A stretch of DNA of 64,000 nt, taken from an uncultured Actinomycetota bacterium. GTDB taxonomy: Bacteria; Actinomycetota; Humimicrobiia; Humimicrobiales; Humimicrobiaceae. Location: positions 5,114-69,113 of the forward strand of contig CAYMPQ010000001.1 of assembly GCA_964392345.1 (NCBI GenBank), in the 5' to 3' direction. The notes below the pieces were generated by a model, which was given only the letters and a program-made list of their open reading frames with translations, searched no databases and was not told where the DNA came from. The position numbers and the translations under genes were made by a program. Numbering within the stretch: position 1 is the stretch's first letter; every line of letters begins with the position of its first letter. Shown here piece by piece: positions 8,880 through 17,840 of the stretch.

Positions 8880-9731
8880 ATGAAATTTGGAATAAATACA
8901 CTATTGTTTACTGGTAACTATACAGACGAACATGTGAAAAGCTTGACTGGAAAATTTAAGGAATTAGGTTTTGATGGAGTGGAAATCGCACTTGGGAAAA
9001 AAGGTGATATTGATTACAAAAAAACACTGGGGGTATTTAAAGATAACGGGCTTGTATGCTCTTCAGTGTGCGGGCTTTTTGGAGAAGACAGGGATATCAG
9101 AGGACCAAAAAAAGAATATATTGAAGGCGGGCTTGCTTATATAAGAGATTGTCTTGAGGCATGTACAGATCTTGGCTGCAATGTTTTTGTGGGCCCTGTT
9201 TATTCTGCTGTTGGCCGTGCAGGCATGGTCCCGGAAAACGAGCGAAAGGTCCAATGGGATACAGTTGTTGAAAATTTAGGCAAAGCTTGTGAGTGGGCTG
9301 AAAAATATGGGGTATTTATAGCAATAGAGCCATTAAACAGATTTGAGACAGATTTTATCAATATCTGCAAGGACGCCGTAAAAATGGTCAAAGATGTTGG
9401 AAGCAAAATGTTAAAGGTTCATCTTGACACATTCCATATGAATATTGAGGAAAAGAATTCTGCAATGGCAGTTTTAGATGCCGGCGATTTGCTTTATTTA
9501 CTTCATGCGAGCGAAAATGACAGAGGTGCTGCAGGTACGGGGCAGGTTAACTGGAAAGCTATTGCAGATGCACTGCGAAGGATTAATTATGACAGATGGG
9601 TGGTAGTAGAATCATTTACACCTGAAAATAAAGTTATAGCAAAAGCTGCCTCAATTTGGAGACAAACCGAAAAAAGTGATTTTGTGCTTGCTGAAAAAAG
9701 TTTAAAGTTCCTGAAAGGGCTTTTAAGTTAG
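8880..9731 (+). CDS. Ketose 3-epimerase-like protein (D-tagatose/D-psicose/L-ribulose 3-epimerase family, xylose-isomerase-like TIM barrel)
   Basis: MKFGINTLLF start, IEPLNRFE and HLDTFHMNIEE motifs match the DTE/DPE consensus (IEVLNRFE, MLDTFHMNIEE) recalled from characterised enzymes; 283 aa. Confidence 0.65.
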   Translation: MKFGINTLLFTGNYTDEHVKSLTGKFKELGFDGVEIALGKKGDIDYKKTLGVFKDNGLVCSSVCGLFGEDRDIRGPKKEYIEGGLAYIRDCLEACTDLGCNVFVGPVYSAVGRAGMVPENERKVQWDTVVENLGKACEWAEKYGVFIAIEPLNRFETDFINICKDAVKMVKDVGSKMLKVHLDTFHMNIEEKNSAMAVLDAGDLLYLLHASENDRGAAGTGQVNWKAIADALRRINYDRWVVVESFTPENKVIAKAASIWRQTEKSDFVLAEKSLKFLKGLLS

Positions 9732-9772
9732 CTTAATATTTGTATTAAAAGAATAGATTGGAGATTTGGTAG

Positions 9773-10870
9773 ATGGCAGAAATAATTTTAAAACACATTT
9801 TTAAGAGATTTGACGACCTTGTTGCAATTAATGATTTAAGCCTGGACATCAAAGAGAGGGAATTCTTGGTCCTTCTTGGGCCATCAGGCTGTGGGAAAAC
9901 GACAACTCTTAGATGCATCTCTGGATTGGAAGTGCCGGATGAGGGGGAAATTTTAATAGGCGGAGAAGATGTTACAAATAAGAGAGCATCACAAAGGGAT
10001 ATAGCATTTGTTTTTCAGCTGTATGCCTTATATCCCCATCTGACAGTTTACGGTAATATAGCTTTTCCCTTGTTGACACAAAGAACTGATAAAAAAAAGA
10101 TAGAGCAGGAAGTAAATAGAGCTGCAGAAATTTTACAGATAAAACACATATTGAACAAAAAACCAAAAGAACTTTCAGGCGGGGATATGCAAAGAGTTGC
10201 TCTTGGAAGGGCAATTGTTAGAAGGCCAAAAGCTTTTTTACTTGATGAGCCGATAGGAACTCTGGATGCAAAATTTAGAGAAGAAATGCGAACCGAACTC
10301 AAGAGACTCCATGTTGACATAGGCGCTACTACAGTATATGTAACTCATGACCAGAGCGAAGCAATGGCTATGGGGGACATTGTTGCAATAATGAATCTTG
10401 GGGTTCTGCAACAAGCTGGGACACCTTATGAAATATACACCAATCCAAAAAATTTATTTGTAGCAAATTTTATTGGGACCCCTGGCATGAATTTTATAAA
10501 TTGTAAACCGGAAAGAGATTCAAATGGTAAGCTTGTGTTAAGGCTATCATTGATTGATGCCTGTATAGCAATATCTGATGAAATTCAAAAAATAATTTTA
10601 GATAGGAAAGAAGAAGAGCTAGTTTTAGGAATTAGGCCAGAAAATGTAGCGTTGAGCCTGAAGAAAGAGTGGAATTATATTAAATCAGAAGTTTTTGTTG
10701 TTGAAGCGACAGGCTCCTATAATATTATAGATGTAAGGTTAGGCAGCGATATTGTTAGAGTCCGAACACTGCCAACTGTGGCACCAAAAATTGGAGAAAC
10801 TGTGTATATCGGTATTGATATGGGAAGAATAAGCATCTTTAATAAAAAAGATGGGAATTCGATAATGTAA
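9773..10870 (+). CDS. ABC transporter ATP-binding protein, MalK/UgpC-like (NBD plus C-terminal regulatory TOBE-like domain)
   Basis: Walker A GPSGCGKTT, signature LSGGDMQRVALGRA, Walker B FLLDEP, H-loop; 365 aa. Confidence 0.9.
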   Translation: MAEIILKHIFKRFDDLVAINDLSLDIKEREFLVLLGPSGCGKTTTLRCISGLEVPDEGEILIGGEDVTNKRASQRDIAFVFQLYALYPHLTVYGNIAFPLLTQRTDKKKIEQEVNRAAEILQIKHILNKKPKELSGGDMQRVALGRAIVRRPKAFLLDEPIGTLDAKFREEMRTELKRLHVDIGATTVYVTHDQSEAMAMGDIVAIMNLGVLQQAGTPYEIYTNPKNLFVANFIGTPGMNFINCKPERDSNGKLVLRLSLIDACIAISDEIQKIILDRKEEELVLGIRPENVALSLKKEWNYIKSEVFVVEATGSYNIIDVRLGSDIVRVRTLPTVAPKIGETVYIGIDMGRISIFNKKDGNSIM

Positions 10871-10898
10871 TAATAAAATAAGTTGGGAGAATATGTAA

Positions 10899-11990
10899 AT
10901 GGCAGAGGTAAAATTAAATTCACTTACAAAGACTTTTGGTGATGTAGCTGCTGTGGATAATATGAATCTGGAAATTAAGGATAAAGAGTTTTTTGTTCTA
11001 CTCGGGCCAACAGGAGCCGGGAAAACTACGACATTAAGATTAATAGCTGGGTTAGAGAAAGCAGATAAGGGAGAAGTTTATATAGATAATATCTGTGTAA
11101 ATGGTCTTAGCCCAGCTGTAAGAGATGTTGCATTTGTGTTTCAGTATTACACTCTTTATCCCAATTATACTGTAAAACAAAATTTGGAATTTCCATTGAG
11201 GTCCAATCTTAGGAAAATGCCCCAGGCAGCAATTGATAAAAAGGTTTCCGAGGTTGCAGAGGTTTTGCACGTCGAGCATTTAATGAACAGGGAGACTGTA
11301 AATCTAAGCGGTGGTGAAATGCAGAGAGTGGCAATAGGCAGAGCCATAGTAAGAGCGCCAAAAGTTTTTCTGATGGATGAACCGCTGTCAAATTTGGATG
11401 CAAAACTAAGAGAAGAGATGAGAGCAGAGCTTGCAAGGCTTCACTTAGATATGGGATCTACTTTTTTTTATGTAACACATGACCAGATTGAAGCAATGAC
11501 AATGGGCGATAGGATAGCAGTACTTAATGAGGGCAAAATACTTCAAATTGGTACTCCTAATGAAATATATAATTCACCCAAAGATGTTTTTGTTGCTAAA
11601 TTTGTTGGAAGTCCTGCAATAAATTTATTTGATGCATCTATTGACGGAAATAATTTAATAATTGGCAAAGGGGCAATGATTTGCAGTGTTGTCGGGAAGC
11701 AATCAAGCTTGCTCAAGGGTTATAATAAGAAGAATGCAATTTTAGGAATAAGACCTGAAGATATTGAAATGTCGAGGGAAAAGAAAGGGGCCAATTCCAT
11801 TAAATGTTCTGTATATTTTAAACAGAGCATGGGCGTGGAAGATATTCTAAATTTAAAAATTGACAAAATTTTCTTTAAAGCGGTTGCTCCTGTAAAGTTT
11901 ATGGCTAAAGTTGGTGAAGTAGTTTATGCAAATATCAATATGGATAGAACCCACCTGTTTGATGCTGAAACAGAAACTTGCATAGTATAG
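10899..11990 (+). CDS. Second, distinct MalK/UgpC-like ABC ATP-binding protein
   Basis: Walker A GPTGAGKTT, signature LSGGEMQRVAIGRA, Walker B FLMDEP; 363 aa; clearly paralogous to but not identical with the preceding gene. Confidence 0.9.
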   Translation: MAEVKLNSLTKTFGDVAAVDNMNLEIKDKEFFVLLGPTGAGKTTTLRLIAGLEKADKGEVYIDNICVNGLSPAVRDVAFVFQYYTLYPNYTVKQNLEFPLRSNLRKMPQAAIDKKVSEVAEVLHVEHLMNRETVNLSGGEMQRVAIGRAIVRAPKVFLMDEPLSNLDAKLREEMRAELARLHLDMGSTFFYVTHDQIEAMTMGDRIAVLNEGKILQIGTPNEIYNSPKDVFVAKFVGSPAINLFDASIDGNNLIIGKGAMICSVVGKQSSLLKGYNKKNAILGIRPEDIEMSREKKGANSIKCSVYFKQSMGVEDILNLKIDKIFFKAVAPVKFMAKVGEVVYANINMDRTHLFDAETETCIV

Positions 11991-12079
11991 CTGGAAAGAA
12001 AAAATATTTTTAGAGGCTAAATTTTTATTATATAATCTATAAAATTTATTGACAGTTAGTCTGAAAGGATTTTCTGGTT

Positions 12080-13273
12080 ATGAAAAAAAGAGCTGCAGTC
12101 GAAAAAGCACTGGAGAGGAGCAATGGTATTTTAAATCTTAAGCCTGCGTGGGTAGCACGCGATTTTCTTCCTCCAGGCAGAAGGCTGGGGCTAAAAGAAA
12201 ATGAATACGAAGCAGGAAAGCGCGGCTGGATATCAGAGAGGTGGCTGGCATCCGTTACAAAGGCCGATAATGCAGTTGGCCCCCAGGATGAAGGACTTAG
12301 TTATTTAGCCATGGACGGCAACGAGAAAATAACTTTAAAGGAGGCAGTAGAAGTTGCAGGAGACCTGATAATGGGAAGACAGTATGCAAAGACCCATACC
12401 GGGTTAGGGAGGCTTGCAAAAATATATGATTTTGATGCCAGGATACCTTATCATATCCACCAGATGAAAAAAGATGCAGCTCTTGTTGGAAGAAATCCAA
12501 AAGATGAAGCTTATTATTTTCCCGAAGATGTAGATGCGGGCCCTCACCCTGAAACTTTTTTTGGCGTACATCCTTATATTGCAGAACAAAAAAAATATGA
12601 AATACTGCTTCCGTATCTGGAGGATTGGAACAGTGATTTAATATTAAAACATTCCAGAGCATACCTCAATGTTGCCGGAGAAGGTTTTTTCCTGCCTTCA
12701 GGAGCGCTCCATGGGCCGGGGACAGCACTAACAATAGAGCTTCAAGAAAATTCTGATGTTTTTGCTATGCTTCAGGCGCTAAATGCGGGAAAGATTATTT
12801 CAAAAGAGCTGCTGTTTAAAGATGTTCGCAGGGAAGACAGGGGAAAATATGGTGAAAGAGTGATCCTCGGTCAAATAGACTGGGAAACTAATGGGGATCC
12901 ATATTTCTATGAAAATCATCATCTTGAACCAAAACTGGTTGAAGAAACCAATCAGGAAGGCGGACAGGAGCACTGGATATATTATAATACAAGTAAGTTC
13001 AGTGGAAAGAAATTAACAGTAAAACCCGGGTGCACCTTTACCAGCACGGATAGAGGAGTTTACAACATACTTGTATGGAAAGGCAGCGGCAAATTTGACG
13101 GGCATGCAATAGAGGCCGATAATTTTAATTGTGATGAACTTTTAATTTCATTTGACAGAGCAGTAAAACCGCTAAATGTAGAAAATACTGGGACAGAAGA
13201 GTTGCAAATAATAAAGTTTTTTGGCCCCGACATAAATACCAATGTCCCAGTGATCAAACAGTATAGAAGTTGA
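12080..13273 (+). CDS. Cupin-fold protein resembling class I mannose-6-phosphate isomerase (PMI-like sugar isomerase)
   Basis: LAKIYDFDARIPYHIHQ and FFLPSGALHGPGTALTIELQENSD resemble the PMI type I motifs (LLDVKEDTSIKVHPDD, YYVPSGTLHA...LETQQNSD) from memory; 397 aa. Confidence 0.45.
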   Translation: MKKRAAVEKALERSNGILNLKPAWVARDFLPPGRRLGLKENEYEAGKRGWISERWLASVTKADNAVGPQDEGLSYLAMDGNEKITLKEAVEVAGDLIMGRQYAKTHTGLGRLAKIYDFDARIPYHIHQMKKDAALVGRNPKDEAYYFPEDVDAGPHPETFFGVHPYIAEQKKYEILLPYLEDWNSDLILKHSRAYLNVAGEGFFLPSGALHGPGTALTIELQENSDVFAMLQALNAGKIISKELLFKDVRREDRGKYGERVILGQIDWETNGDPYFYENHHLEPKLVEETNQEGGQEHWIYYNTSKFSGKKLTVKPGCTFTSTDRGVYNILVWKGSGKFDGHAIEADNFNCDELLISFDRAVKPLNVENTGTEELQIIKFFGPDINTNVPVIKQYRS

Positions 13274-13355
13274 TGGATCAGTTCTGGTACTATTTTGTTA
13301 AATTTTTTTCAGATAGTAATAGAAAAATTTTAAATTAAATTAATGGAGGTTTGTT

Positions 13356-14240
13356 ATGACGAAAAAAACATCAATTGGAGGATGGGCGTATATATGGGGC
13401 GGCTACGAGGAAAGCCCTATCCCTTTTAAAGATGTTGTTGAAAGGCTTTCTGTCCTTGGATTTGACGGTATTGAAATGGCTGCATTTCCTCCGCACCTGG
13501 AACCTAATACAAAAGAGAAGCGCAAAGAAATTAAGAAAATGCTGGATGATTATAAGTTAGGCGTGTCCGGCCTGGCTGCACCATTTCCATCACCGGCAAC
13601 ATCAAAGAAGAGTGATTATCTGGATGCGGTTAAAGCAAATCTTGAAATATGCAGCGACCTTGATATTCCCAAGCTCAGGGTTGACACTGTTGACCCGCCA
13701 ACTGGAATACCGGGCGGCATGGATTACGAGACCTGTTTTTCTAAAGTAGCCGAAGTCTGGAATGATGCTTCTGAAATATGTATGAAAAATAATGTGAAAC
13801 TTATATGGGAATTTGAGCCTGGTTTTTTATTTAACAAGCCAGGTGAAGTAGTCAGGATGGTTTACAAAGTGGAACACTCAAACTTTTCAATATTGTACGA
13901 TTCCTGTCATGCGCATATGTGTTCAGTAGTGGGTGCGCGGCAGTTAGGCAAAAAGGAGACGCTTCCAGGAGGCGTGGTTCAATTTACATATATGTTAACA
14001 GGGAAAATTGGACATATCCATTTAATTGATTCAGATGAGACTTTGCATGATGGTGATACAAGCACACATGCTCCTCTTGGAACAGGGGTACTGGATTTTG
14101 ACAAGATTATTCCAGCAATACTGGAAGCCGGATATACTGATGAGTGGTGGACAATTGACCTGTGCTTCTGGCCAAAAGCTTTGGATGTAACTGAAGACAA
14201 TAAAAAGTATCTTGACAAATTGATTAAAAAATTTGGATAA
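13356..14240 (+). CDS. Sugar phosphate isomerase/epimerase (xylose-isomerase-like TIM barrel)
   Basis: 294 aa; LGFDGIEMAA, WEFEPG, DSCHAHM and IHLIDSD pattern of AP_endonuc_2 TIM barrels. Confidence 0.7.
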   Translation: MTKKTSIGGWAYIWGGYEESPIPFKDVVERLSVLGFDGIEMAAFPPHLEPNTKEKRKEIKKMLDDYKLGVSGLAAPFPSPATSKKSDYLDAVKANLEICSDLDIPKLRVDTVDPPTGIPGGMDYETCFSKVAEVWNDASEICMKNNVKLIWEFEPGFLFNKPGEVVRMVYKVEHSNFSILYDSCHAHMCSVVGARQLGKKETLPGGVVQFTYMLTGKIGHIHLIDSDETLHDGDTSTHAPLGTGVLDFDKIIPAILEAGYTDEWWTIDLCFWPKALDVTEDNKKYLDKLIKKFG

Positions 14241-14308
14241 ATAAAAAGAAGCTGAAAGTTATTATAGCCGGGTTGGATGTTTGCTGTAATTTAAATTAAA
14301 AAGGAGGA

Positions 14309-15391
14309 ATGAAAGTGGCTGAGAAAATGAAAGCCCAGGTTTTTTATGAAGCTGAAAAGATGAAGCTTGAAGAGATACCAATTCCAGAGATTACAGATAT
14401 AGATATGCTGGTAAGAGTAAAAAATGTTGGAATATGCGGATCTGATATATCCTACTACTATGGCCTTAGTCCTCTTGGCACAGCTACAGGAAAAGGACCG
14501 CTGGTTTTAGGTCATGAATTTACCGGGGAAGTTGCAAAAGTTGGGAAAGTACCAGCAGGTATGGGACTTTTTAAAGAAGGGGACAGGGTTGTAGTTAATC
14601 CAGTTCAGCACTGCAATGCTTGTTATGCGTGTGCTTCTGGCCAAACTCATCTATGTGAAAATTCAAGTGTCCCGGGAGTTACCGTTAACGGTGGTTTTGC
14701 AGAATACTGTGTATCAAAATATACAGGTTTGTTTAAGCTTCCCGATGGTATGAGTTATGCTGCAGGTGCCTTTACAGAACCATTTGCCTGCGCTGTAAAT
14801 GGCATGAAGAAGTTAGAGATCGAGCCTGGCCAGTTTGTAGCAGTGTTTGGGCCAGGTGCAATTGGACTCATGATGGTACAGCTGGCAAAATCAATTGGTG
14901 CAGGAAAGGTTGCATTAATTGGAACCAGGGATTACCGTCTGGAAATGGGCAAAGAAAATGGAGCAGATTATATATTTAATACCAGAAATAAAGACTCAAA
15001 ATACTATGCAGCTGATCTTAAAAAAGCTATATCAGACTTAACAAATGGAAAATTAGCTGACAGGGCAATAGTTCCGACAAGCTCAAACGATGCTTTTGAG
15101 CAGGCTATTGATGTAACTGGAAATTGTGCAATTTTAGTACACTTTGGCTTGCCCAATGAAGGTGATGTCATACATGTCCCTGCACTTAGTTTTCACACTA
15201 TGGATAAACAAATAAGAGCAGCCTGGCTGGCGCCGCTGTCCTGGCCCACCACAATTCGATGTATGGCAGAAGGGCTTGTGAATGTTGAGGCATTGCTAAC
15301 GCACAGATATCCTTTAGAGGATACAGAAAAGGCAATAATAAATCTAAAAAACAGGGTTGGAAATCCAATGAAAGTTCAAATTGTGCTGTAA
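14309..15391 (+). CDS. Zn-dependent medium-chain alcohol/polyol dehydrogenase (sorbitol/xylitol/L-iditol dehydrogenase-like)
   Basis: GICGSD and GHEFTGEV zinc motifs, structural-Zn Cys cluster (CNACYACASGQTHLC), Rossmann GPGAIGL; 360 aa. Confidence 0.85.
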   Translation: MKVAEKMKAQVFYEAEKMKLEEIPIPEITDIDMLVRVKNVGICGSDISYYYGLSPLGTATGKGPLVLGHEFTGEVAKVGKVPAGMGLFKEGDRVVVNPVQHCNACYACASGQTHLCENSSVPGVTVNGGFAEYCVSKYTGLFKLPDGMSYAAGAFTEPFACAVNGMKKLEIEPGQFVAVFGPGAIGLMMVQLAKSIGAGKVALIGTRDYRLEMGKENGADYIFNTRNKDSKYYAADLKKAISDLTNGKLADRAIVPTSSNDAFEQAIDVTGNCAILVHFGLPNEGDVIHVPALSFHTMDKQIRAAWLAPLSWPTTIRCMAEGLVNVEALLTHRYPLEDTEKAIINLKNRVGNPMKVQIVL

Positions 15392-15451
15392 TACCTGTTT
15401 TGTTAAAAATTAATAAGTTTTGTTGATGTAAATATAATAGTATAAATTTAT

Positions 15452-16579
15452 TTGGTGGAGGGAGCAGACATGGATGAAATTATCAACACAAAATATCAGA
15501 AGATACAAAGAGATAAGGGTGAGCTCATAGAGCACATGAGCACTTTCAACCTAAAGGTAATGCCCTCTGTGGGAATATGGTATTTTACGCCTGGTGGCGG
15601 AAGATTTCATGACTCATTTGTCTCGCCAAAAGATATACCAGAAAAAATAGAAATGGCTGCTGAAATGGCAAAGTATGGTGTAAAAGCAATAGAGGCCCAT
15701 TATCCTTCTGAGGTAAACGAAGAAAATTACCACCTGTATCAAAAATTGGAGAAAGAAACAGGCATAAAGCTTATTAGCTGCTACCCGGCAATTTTTTTCC
15801 CAAAAGAATATGAATTTGGTTCACTGTCAAATCCATATAAAAAATATAGGGACAAGGCAGTAGAAACTCTTATAGGCTGTTTAAAGTTTGCAAAGGATAA
15901 TGGCCTGCATCATGCAGGCATATGGCCAGGGAGCGATGGCTACCTTTACTCACTTGGAACTGTTTTTTATAAGATGTGGGATATGTTTGAAGACGCAGTA
16001 GCTTATGCAATGGATGAAGTCCCGGGAGTAGCAGTTGCAATCGAACCAAAACCATATGAACCTGCACCAAACAATATATACAGGACAACAGCAGACGGAT
16101 TGTTAGCGTGCCGCGACATAGAGTTAAGACTTAAATCAGAACAAAACAGGAATCTTCTTTCCGAAGGGCGTGCTTTGCTGGGCATGCAGCCTGAGATAGG
16201 GCACATAAGAATGGGGTATGAAGATACGCCATATGCATTTTGCAGGGCAATGAGACAGGGCAGGTTGTTTCATACCCATTGGAATAGTCAGCCTCTGGGA
16301 AACTATGACCAGGATTTAAATGTGGGAGTTGTTGAATGGCAGCAGGCCGAGGCTGCTATGTATGTTTTAAAGATGCATGGCTACAGAGAATATTATGGAA
16401 TTGATATTAATCCTGAGAGGATGCCTGCTGAAAAGGCTGTTGAGATAAACTGTCTTGCATTAAATATTATAAATGACAAAATTAACAACCTTCCCCATGA
16501 AGAAATAATAGAATCATATTTTGACCCTGAAAACCACAGGGGAGATATAGAGCTGATACTTGCAAAGGCAATGAAATAG
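15452..16579 (+). CDS. Divergent xylose-isomerase-family protein (class I XylA-like), with an altered second-metal-site motif
   Basis: AIEPKPYEP, QPEIGHIRM and LFHTHWNSQPLGNYDQDLNVG parallel the class I XylA motifs (AIEPKPNEP, NPEVGHEQM, LFHIDLNGQ..KYDQDLRFG) recalled from Streptomyces XI; 375 aa. Confidence 0.6.
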   Translation: MVEGADMDEIINTKYQKIQRDKGELIEHMSTFNLKVMPSVGIWYFTPGGGRFHDSFVSPKDIPEKIEMAAEMAKYGVKAIEAHYPSEVNEENYHLYQKLEKETGIKLISCYPAIFFPKEYEFGSLSNPYKKYRDKAVETLIGCLKFAKDNGLHHAGIWPGSDGYLYSLGTVFYKMWDMFEDAVAYAMDEVPGVAVAIEPKPYEPAPNNIYRTTADGLLACRDIELRLKSEQNRNLLSEGRALLGMQPEIGHIRMGYEDTPYAFCRAMRQGRLFHTHWNSQPLGNYDQDLNVGVVEWQQAEAAMYVLKMHGYREYYGIDINPERMPAEKAVEINCLALNIINDKINNLPHEEIIESYFDPENHRGDIELILAKAMK

Positions 16580-16621
16580 CGTATATTTAATTGTTTTAAT
16601 AAGCTTGATTGGAGGTAGCGA

Positions 16622-17740
16622 ATGTCTGGTAACAAAATAAAGGTTGCAGTAATTGGCCTTGGCTTTGGTGCAGACTTTATCCCAATTTATCAAAACCATC
16701 CTGATTGTGAGTTGTATGCAATATGCAGAAGAAATAAGGAAAAGTTAAATGAATGCGGTGATAAATATGGCATTGAGCGAAGGTTCACTGACTACAGGGA
16801 TATTTTAGAAATAGATGAGGTTGATGCAATCCATATCGTAACACCAGTAAAAAGTCATGCCGAGTTAGCTATCAATTCGCTTAATGCAGGTAAACATGTT
16901 GCCTGCACGGTTCCAATGGCTACCACAGCTGAGGAATGCATGGAGATAGTTAAGGCAAGAAGAAAAGCAGGAAAAGTTTATATGATGATGGAAACTTCTG
17001 TTTATACTAAAGAATTTCTATACGTTAAAGATCTTGTTGATAGCGGCAAATTAGGGAAAATTCAGTTTTTGCGCGGCTCGCATCAGCAGGATATGGAAGA
17101 TTGGGGCGGGGCATGGCCCGGCTTTCCTCCCATGCATTATGCTACGCATGCTGTCAGCCCCTGTGCTGCTCTTGCCAGAGCTGATGTAGAATCTGTATTT
17201 TGCTTTGGATCAGGGAAAATACGCGAAGAATATATAAAAAAATATAACTCTCCTTTTGCGATTGAAACAACTCTTATAAAGTTTAAGAATTCCGATCTGG
17301 CAGCTGAGGTTACAAGGTCTCTTTATGATACTGTCCGCCAGTATATTGAAAGTTTTGATGTTTATGGAGGCAAACTCTCATTTGAATGGAACAGGTTAAG
17401 CGATGAAGACCCTACTCTGTTTACAGGAAAAGAAGATGCTGTAAGGGTAGAAGTACCTGATACAGGTAATATGCTGCCGAAGGAAATTGCCAGGTTCACA
17501 AGAGCTGAAGATGTGTTGGATGATGAAGAAAAAAAACATCTTTCTTTTGTACAGGGATCTGGACATGGGGGTTCTCACCCACATATGGTACATGAGTTTA
17601 TAAGGGCAATTGTTGAGAAAAGAGACTCAGCAATAGATGTTGAGACTGCAGCAAACTGGACATGTACTGGTATATGCGCCCACGAGTCAGCTATGAGCGG
17701 AGGGGAAAGAGTATATTTGCCAGATTTTTACAATATTTAA
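16622..17740 (+). CDS. Gfo/Idh/MocA-family oxidoreductase (second copy)
   Basis: N-terminal Rossmann KVAVIGLGFGADFIP, 372 aa, family-typical layout. Confidence 0.8.
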   Translation: MSGNKIKVAVIGLGFGADFIPIYQNHPDCELYAICRRNKEKLNECGDKYGIERRFTDYRDILEIDEVDAIHIVTPVKSHAELAINSLNAGKHVACTVPMATTAEECMEIVKARRKAGKVYMMMETSVYTKEFLYVKDLVDSGKLGKIQFLRGSHQQDMEDWGGAWPGFPPMHYATHAVSPCAALARADVESVFCFGSGKIREEYIKKYNSPFAIETTLIKFKNSDLAAEVTRSLYDTVRQYIESFDVYGGKLSFEWNRLSDEDPTLFTGKEDAVRVEVPDTGNMLPKEIARFTRAEDVLDDEEKKHLSFVQGSGHGGSHPHMVHEFIRAIVEKRDSAIDVETAANWTCTGICAHESAMSGGERVYLPDFYNI

Positions 17741-17775
17741 TGACAGAAATTAAGTTTTTAGCAGTGACTGTCAAT

Positions 17776-17814
17776 CTATCCCAAATGACTTGTACTGTAA
17801 GTTATTCGGGATAG
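17776..17814 (+). promoter_or_regulatory. Hairpin (ctatccc ... gggatag, 7-bp perfect arms) enclosing an imperfect dyad acttgtactgtaagt, between the oxidoreductase and FGGY kinase genes
   Basis: Inverted repeats read directly; could be a weak terminator or an operator for one of the locus regulators. Confidence 0.25.
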
Positions 17815-17840
17815 TATTATTTTATGGAGTTTTTTTAAAT

